64,000 bases of DNA from the human T2T-CHM13v2.0 reference genome, Homo sapiens, in the NCBI RefSeq assembly GCF_009914755.1, contig NC_060934.1; one strand, given 5' to 3'. Made by a program: the position numbers and the translations under genes. The notes below the pieces were generated by a model, which was not told the origin of the DNA, did no database searches, and saw nothing but the letters and a program-made list of their open reading frames with translations. How positions within the stretch are numbered: the first letter of the stretch is position 1; every line of letters begins with the position of its first letter. This document shows positions 57,738 through 64,000 of this stretch, piece by piece.

Positions 57738-57756
57738 GAGCGCCATCTTGTGGCAA
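57738..57756 (-). promoter_or_regulatory. CTCF core motif
   Basis: Reverse complement TTGCCACAAGATGGCGCTC versus consensus TGGCCACCAGGGGGCGCTA; CC, AG and GGCGC positions are intact and the CpG is retained. Confidence 0.6.
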
Positions 57757-60166
57757 ACAGCACTGCTCTCTGTCCCCGCCCACTCCTGAAATTGGGGGTG
57801 GGGGGAAGAGGGGACAAAGACCAGGAAGCAATACGTAGGGCACCTTTTGCAACTAGGAATTGTTTTTCACCTGAAAGAAGAAGAGATAAAAAGCTATCAT
57901 AGCAATTAAAATCCGAAGAAGTGGACAATTCGTTTAATACACTTCTAGCCTCAAACTTGATGAGCAGATTAGTGAAAATGCAATGTATGTCTATTTGCCA
58001 ACACTTCCATCACACAGGGAAAATGAAAAAGAAGAACTCCACTTTTTAATAACCAACAAAAATAACCACAGTCAGAAACATTAGTAGAGATTCGTCACTC
58101 AGATTACCTAGAAGCATTAATAAACGTTTTGCTCTCAATTATGATTTGCAGCTGTATTTCATACAAAGCATTTGTCAATTAACCTCAATAAGTAAATATA
58201 TAAATATATATAAGAATGTAAGACAGTGAAATGTATTTCCACGAACTGAAAAAAAATGGAGTTTTTGCAGATTCTTTGAGATCAAAGTAGAGTGCTTATA
58301 CCATATGCTACTTCTTCTCTAGTGAGTGCAACTATGAATTCAATATATCTATTCAAACTCAGATATGTAAAATGGCTTTTCATCAACAAAAGTATTCAAT
58401 GCACGAAGTCCTTATTTTTAAAATATGAATTCAAGAGTATGGCCAAGGATATCTTCAACATGTCCAACCAAGGTTGCTGTGTTTTGGAGCAGTGCTTTCA
58501 GATGGCAAAAAGGAAAGTGTTGCTGCTGTAATGATTTAGGTTAAATTGTAGCTTGTAATAAAACTAATTCCTAAATGTTGCAAAAAGGAAACCAGGAAGC
58601 TGACAACAGGTTTTAAGAAATAAGGTATGTTTCTGTATATTTAAAATAAGAACAAATGAGTCACTGTCAAATATGTTTCTAGTGAATAATTATTTTCTAT
58701 CAACACTCTGTTAAATTAGGATTTTCTCCTTCTAGGAGGGTGATAAAAGAATTGATTAGCTGTCACTCTTAGGTGCTGAGTGATATCTATCTGAGTTAGA
58801 AGGGCCTCTTTTTGCTGTTTTGTTTCCATAACTGTAGGCATTTTCACTAAAATTCTACTCTGAGTCTTTTTGGCTTAGTCCCTGAAATCCTGAGCCTGCG
58901 TTCTAGAAAACACACGGTCACGCGCACACACAGGAATTGTTCTCTCCAAAAGGAGACACCCTCACATCTGCAGTGCCCTCATTTCATACCACAAGAGTCG
59001 GCCAATAAATCAACTAGAGGTAAAAGTAAAACCTGTAATAACCCGTTACCACTTCTTCCTCCTCCCACATCGCAGCACATAAAACTTTGTGTCAAAAGGC
59101 CTCACATCATGAGAATTAATCAAAAAACTCTTAAAATACTCTGTGCACCTACTTCTGATGGCTAATTTGGCTTCTCGATGGTGAAGCACTAATTTTTTAT
59201 CTCAATCAATTGGTGCGATATTCTTTTCCATCAATCGCAGGGGGTGGAGAACAGTAAAACTCCACCCTCTGTGAGGATAAAGCAAAATTAAGCAAATACA
59301 AAGAAAAAAATGAAAAATCATATGCTCCCAACGAAAGCCTACTGGAACAATAGAAAACACAGAGAGCGTAGGAAGAGGAACAGAGAAGGAGAAAAACAGC
59401 AGACGCTTCAGAGGACCCAGGGGAAGCCTTACAAATGGCTCCACCAGAGCAGAAGGAATCTCAAAAGCATCAGAAGGCCAAACGCAGCCGAGAGAAAGAG
59501 CCAATAAGAAAGTCAACAAGGTGCCTGGACCAGATGGATCTGGTGGGATGGATGTGAACAACTCGCAACTCGACAGCGAGGATTACTGCCGTCGGGAGAA
59601 GACAGATTGAGCTTTTCTTTCCCAGGAAATGAAAGGGAAGTGCCCAGAATGGCTGAGAAAACACAAGCCTTCGACGAGAGGAGAAGAAAGGAATCGCAAA
59701 AGTTAACTTGGCTCCCTGAAGAAGCAGCCGGGGAAAGACGACAGCTATGTCGGGCCACGGGGGATCTGCATGTTGATGAGAGATGGCAGAGGGCAAAGGG
59801 CAGAGGACATGGATCCCTCCCTCCCTGCTGTGCAGAACCCATAGGTAGGGAGCCCCAGCAGCCCTCAGCTGCCCCACAGTGATTTTTGTCGTGCAGCCTC
59901 GCCTCCAGCAAGAGGCCACCCCAGCTGTGAAGTCAGTCCACTCCCATCCTCCTTTTCTCGCCTGCTGCCATCTTGCCTGATGGGCTCCTGGCCCCACCAG
60001 CCTTCCTGAGCCTGTCGAGGGCAGGGGTGCACAGCCAGAGTTTTCTCTCCCTCAGCCCTGGGTTCCCTGCTGCCATCTTCTCCCAGTAACTGTGGCACAC
60101 TTCAGTTCTTATGTGGAGGAAGAAGACGCTGGGACAGCTGGGGACAGAGAGCTCGGGCTGGCTTTT

Positions 60167-60482
<316 letters not shown>

Positions 60483-60859
60483 TCAGACTGGGTTTTCTAA
60501 GTGTCAGGGCCACAAAGCGGGTGCCCCTTGAAGGGTCAGGCATGCAGGGACTGCTTTGAGACTTGAACTAGAAACACAGCTCCTGCAAGCAGTAGACAAA
60601 GCAATGTTTACAATATTTACTGACAAAACACATGAAGCCAATGAAAGGCATTGAAATCTTAAATTAGGGGGAAGTAGAACGTGTCGATTTTTGTTGTTGT
60701 TGTTGGAAAACATGTTCAAGCTGTTGTATTGCTGCCCCTAACCATCCCTTCATAGCAGAGATCAAGTATGTAAGTGTAAGACTGTGCTTCCCACAGCAAA
60801 GTGCGTGGAAACACTACTGTTCCTGGTGCTGTAAAACTTTCCAAAAATGTGCATCAGCT

Positions 60860-61020
60860 TGTTGTACCCTCACAACAGCACTATAGGGTGAGTTCTGATG
60901 TTTGTTTTAGAGCTGTGTACACTGAGGCTTGGCAAGGTTAAGTGACTTGCCCAGGCACCCAAGTAAAAAATCGTGTGCAAATATGGATCAATATTTATAG
61001 CTGAACATCTGACTCTAAGT
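60860..61020 (-). mobile_element. MIR SINE
   Basis: CCTCACAACAGC...ACTGAGGCTTGGCAAGGTTAAGTGACTTGCCCAGG. Confidence 0.8.
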
Positions 61021-61134
61021 GCCACCCGAGGCCTGTGGCTAAGCTCGTAGCCACAGCCAGGGGCTGAGATCTTGGGTCTTGGTAGGACACGGAACGAAAG
61101 AGGGTGATCCCTTCTAGACCAAAGGCAAGAAAGC

Positions 61135-61323
61135 TAGGTTTGCCAGATATAGCCACAAAAATACAGGATGCCCAGTTAAATCTGAATCTCACAAACACAA
61201 CAAGTAATGTTTAGTATAAGTACATCCCATGCAACAGGTGGGATACGCTTATACTAAAATTATTCCTTGTTCATCTGATAGGCAAATTCAACTGAATGTC
61301 TGCCGTTCTATCTGGCATCCCTA
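61135..61323. mobile_element. MER53 palindromic hAT MITE, full length
   Basis: TAGGTTTGCCAGATA...AAAAATACAGGATGCCCAGTTAAAT...TATCTGGCATCCCTA. The element is an imperfect palindrome centred near 61234. Confidence 0.9.
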
Positions 61324-61424
61324 GTGAAGGCAAATGTTAGTTCCTCCAACCCCTTTTTCAACCCAGGGGAGGAAGCCCTGAGAACAATTTAAAAATGCCC
61401 AGTGACATTCCCTCTTCAGAGGCC

Positions 61425-61620
61425 AGGCACTGTAGGGCATTTCTTCTTTTTTCAAGCATGTTCCCTGTGATTATCTCATCAGATACTCCCCACAGAACTA
61501 GGGCATGGGGATCATCCACACATCATGGACGAAAAAAAACTGTCACTAAGCTTGAAGTGACTTAGGAAAGTCAGTGGCAGAGTCAGGGTAAGGCCTCCCA
61601 AGTTGAAGTCCAGGGCTCTC
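61425..61620 (-). mobile_element. MIR fragment
   Basis: ATTATCTCAT...TGAAGTGACTT...AGTGGCAGAGTCAGG...AGTCCAGGGCTCT. Confidence 0.6.
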
Positions 61621-64000
61621 TGTTTAAAATGAGAAGCTATGCCCTGACCAGTCTTCAGCCATTGCACTGATCATACTTAACTCCTCTTCAGAGCCACAGC
61701 CACAATTTCCTTTTCCCATTTTGAATCCAACAACATGAAAATGTAAGCAGTCCAGGTGACATCAACATCTTTTTCTCTAGGCTTGGTTGACGTGTGGTCC
61801 ATAAAGCAGAAGGGGTTGTGGTAATACAAAGTAGTACTGAGACAGCAGAGCGAGTGCAGGACCCAAAACTTCTCTAAGGGTCCAGAAAGCTTAGACTAGA
61901 AACAATTTGCAAAAAAAAAAAAAAACAAAACTGAAATGAGATAGATTCATTATTCTCATTTCCATGTTCCCATCTATTAATTCAGCCTCCAAAGTAATCT
62001 TTGTCCAGGGTGCATAACTGTATCAAATACTCCTGCTATCAAAGCTTTATTTCCTTAAAAGGCAAAGATAATATGGGCTGGGTATTCTTTTCCTACACAT
62101 AATTCATTTAAGTCAGAAATGTTCTCAAATGGCTTCTTTTTTTTACTGCTTGCCAAGTTTACGTGCACCATGATCCAAGAAGATATAAATTACCATTGGG
62201 AGAAGGGGGCAAGGCTGTTCCCTCCCATGGCACAAACACCGAGATTTCATTTTCCTGATACTTTTATTTTGCTGCTAATAAAATTGGGTGGTTAAACCTC
62301 CATGGTGGAGTATGAATATAACACCAGAGTTAAGCTCTAACACCAGCAAAAACTCTATTAAAATGTTGCCCCAGAGACTGTAAATTTGAATTCTGGCACC
62401 ACGGGTCCGGTTGGGCCTGAAAACTAAGGAGAGGAAGTTCCTAAGTCTTGCTGAACAGGCCACACAGAAGGACTTTTTTTTTTTTCCTTTAGACTAATTT
62501 CCTCATGGAGAAGAAAATAATAAGGAAGTAGAAAGGCCTCAGAATTCTGGACTGAATTACGAGAAGAAATGAGCTGCAAAGAAGCAGAGGATGGGTCTGG
62601 GGCACATGAGCTTCCCCTGGATGGGTCAACCCCACAGGTCAGGAACACAGGAAGGAAAGAAATGCAGACGGTGTTCTGTGACATGGACTAAAATGGATCT
62701 TACTGAAAAGTGCTGCTTTCAGGAAGATGAAAGCAATCCACTCTGGGGGAAAAGCAACGTCATTGGACAGAGTCATGAGCTGGGGAGCAGTACATTGGGG
62801 CTCTAGAACCAGCCCTGACTTCATCACAGCAGCCACGAACCAGCAGAGCCTGCTTCCTCATCCACTAGATGTGATCATGGCGCAAGGTGATGGAGAAGCT
62901 CACGACTTCAAAACATATATATGTATTCCAGTGCTTTGGGATTCCTGACATGCCTAGGAGAAGGTAGTTTATGAACATGGCAAATGCTTTAAATTAGTGT
63001 TTGTAGGATTAACTTATTCTTAATGCTAGAAATTTCCTTTAAAAAATGGACTGGAGATAAAAAAAATCAGTTGTATACTTTTATCAGTGACAAAGGATTA
63101 GAAACTTTCCTTTGCAAACATAACATTTGTAATACCAACAAAGTCTCAAGAATTCTAAAAAGAAGCATAACAAAACAAAATTTAATAGACTTGGCTTGCA
63201 TTTTATATTGCATAAACAATAGCATGAAAATCGGTCAAAATCTCTTAAAACCGGTGAAAATTTTTTTAAAATACTGTAACAGACTTGAAAACTAATGGTC
63301 AACATAAAAGTAAGAACAAATGAGAAGGCAGGTGATAATTGACAGCCAGGTTATCAAACTTCTTCTGGTCTTGGAGTGAAGGCACTAACAATATTCCTGC
63401 TCCAGTGCACTTGCAGAACAACTGCTCAATATACATTTTACTAACACAATCAATGAATTTAGCAAAGATGTGTTTAAGAAGAGAGTATTTGAGGATTAGG
63501 AGCAGGTTTTAGAAATGAAATGGAGGATAAGCTAACAAATCTATCAGAAATAAGATCAACAACTTAAAATTTAAACCAATCTTGAGCATATATTTGAACT
63601 TGGATATGCAGAAATGGTGCACAAGTCCCCGAGGTTCAATGATGCACTTGGAGGATCAACAGCCCTATAGACAGTTAAATTACTCGGAAAGCCAGGGAAT
63701 TTATCAAACATGAATTTCAAAGTGGAGTCTGGCCTCCAGGAAAAATGGAAGTCCCCATTAATGTACATACAAAATAAATGTTGTCTGCAAGCTCTTTCTG
63801 CTATTTATTTTTTGACCACAAATTGGCTAAAGGTTTTTACAATTTCCGTAAAGTGGGACAAAGAGTTCTCTCCCTTTGATAGAAGTAATCTGGGTACAAG
63901 TTGTGTAAAACTATTTACAGATACTAAAAATGTAACTGTTGGCCTGACAGGTACAACACAAAGCAATAATTTGCACCATTCCCCATTTCTTGGTGCATTA

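Noticed and set aside
56547-57902. Several overlapping 100-155-aa ORFs
   Set aside because: No protein family similarity or convincing exon structure; expected by chance at this GC content.

Overview
Primate, almost certainly human, non-coding DNA. A (GGAA)15 tract at 19329-19388 has flanks matching the forensic STR D10S1248 primer sites as I recall them, which places the window on chr10q26.3 in the gene-poor interval proximal to MGMT/EBF3. I can support no protein-coding gene, tRNA, rRNA or CRISPR array; the listed ORFs are chance ORFs or Alu/L1/LTR remnants. About 7.2-30.6 kb and 41.3-46.1 kb are dense, nested transposable-element fossils (L1M/L1PB, Alu J/S/Y, MIR, L2, L3, MER1A, Tigger2a x2, MER30, MER58A, MSTB, LTR33-like, an ERV1 solo LTR), many with readable target-site duplications. 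About 31.2-37.4, 46.8-50.8 and 55.2-60.1 kb are repeat-poor. The most notable observations are an exact 93-bp copy of 22067-22159 inserted 1.1 kb away into an old Tigger2a with templated-repair-like junctions, a twin-primed 5'-inverted L1PB fragment, a strong CTCF motif at 57738-57756, and a GC-box/TATA promoter-like module near 56.75 kb. I found no evidence for a new multi-gene biological system. Repeat subfamily names were assigned by eye and need RepeatMasker/Dfam confirmation.
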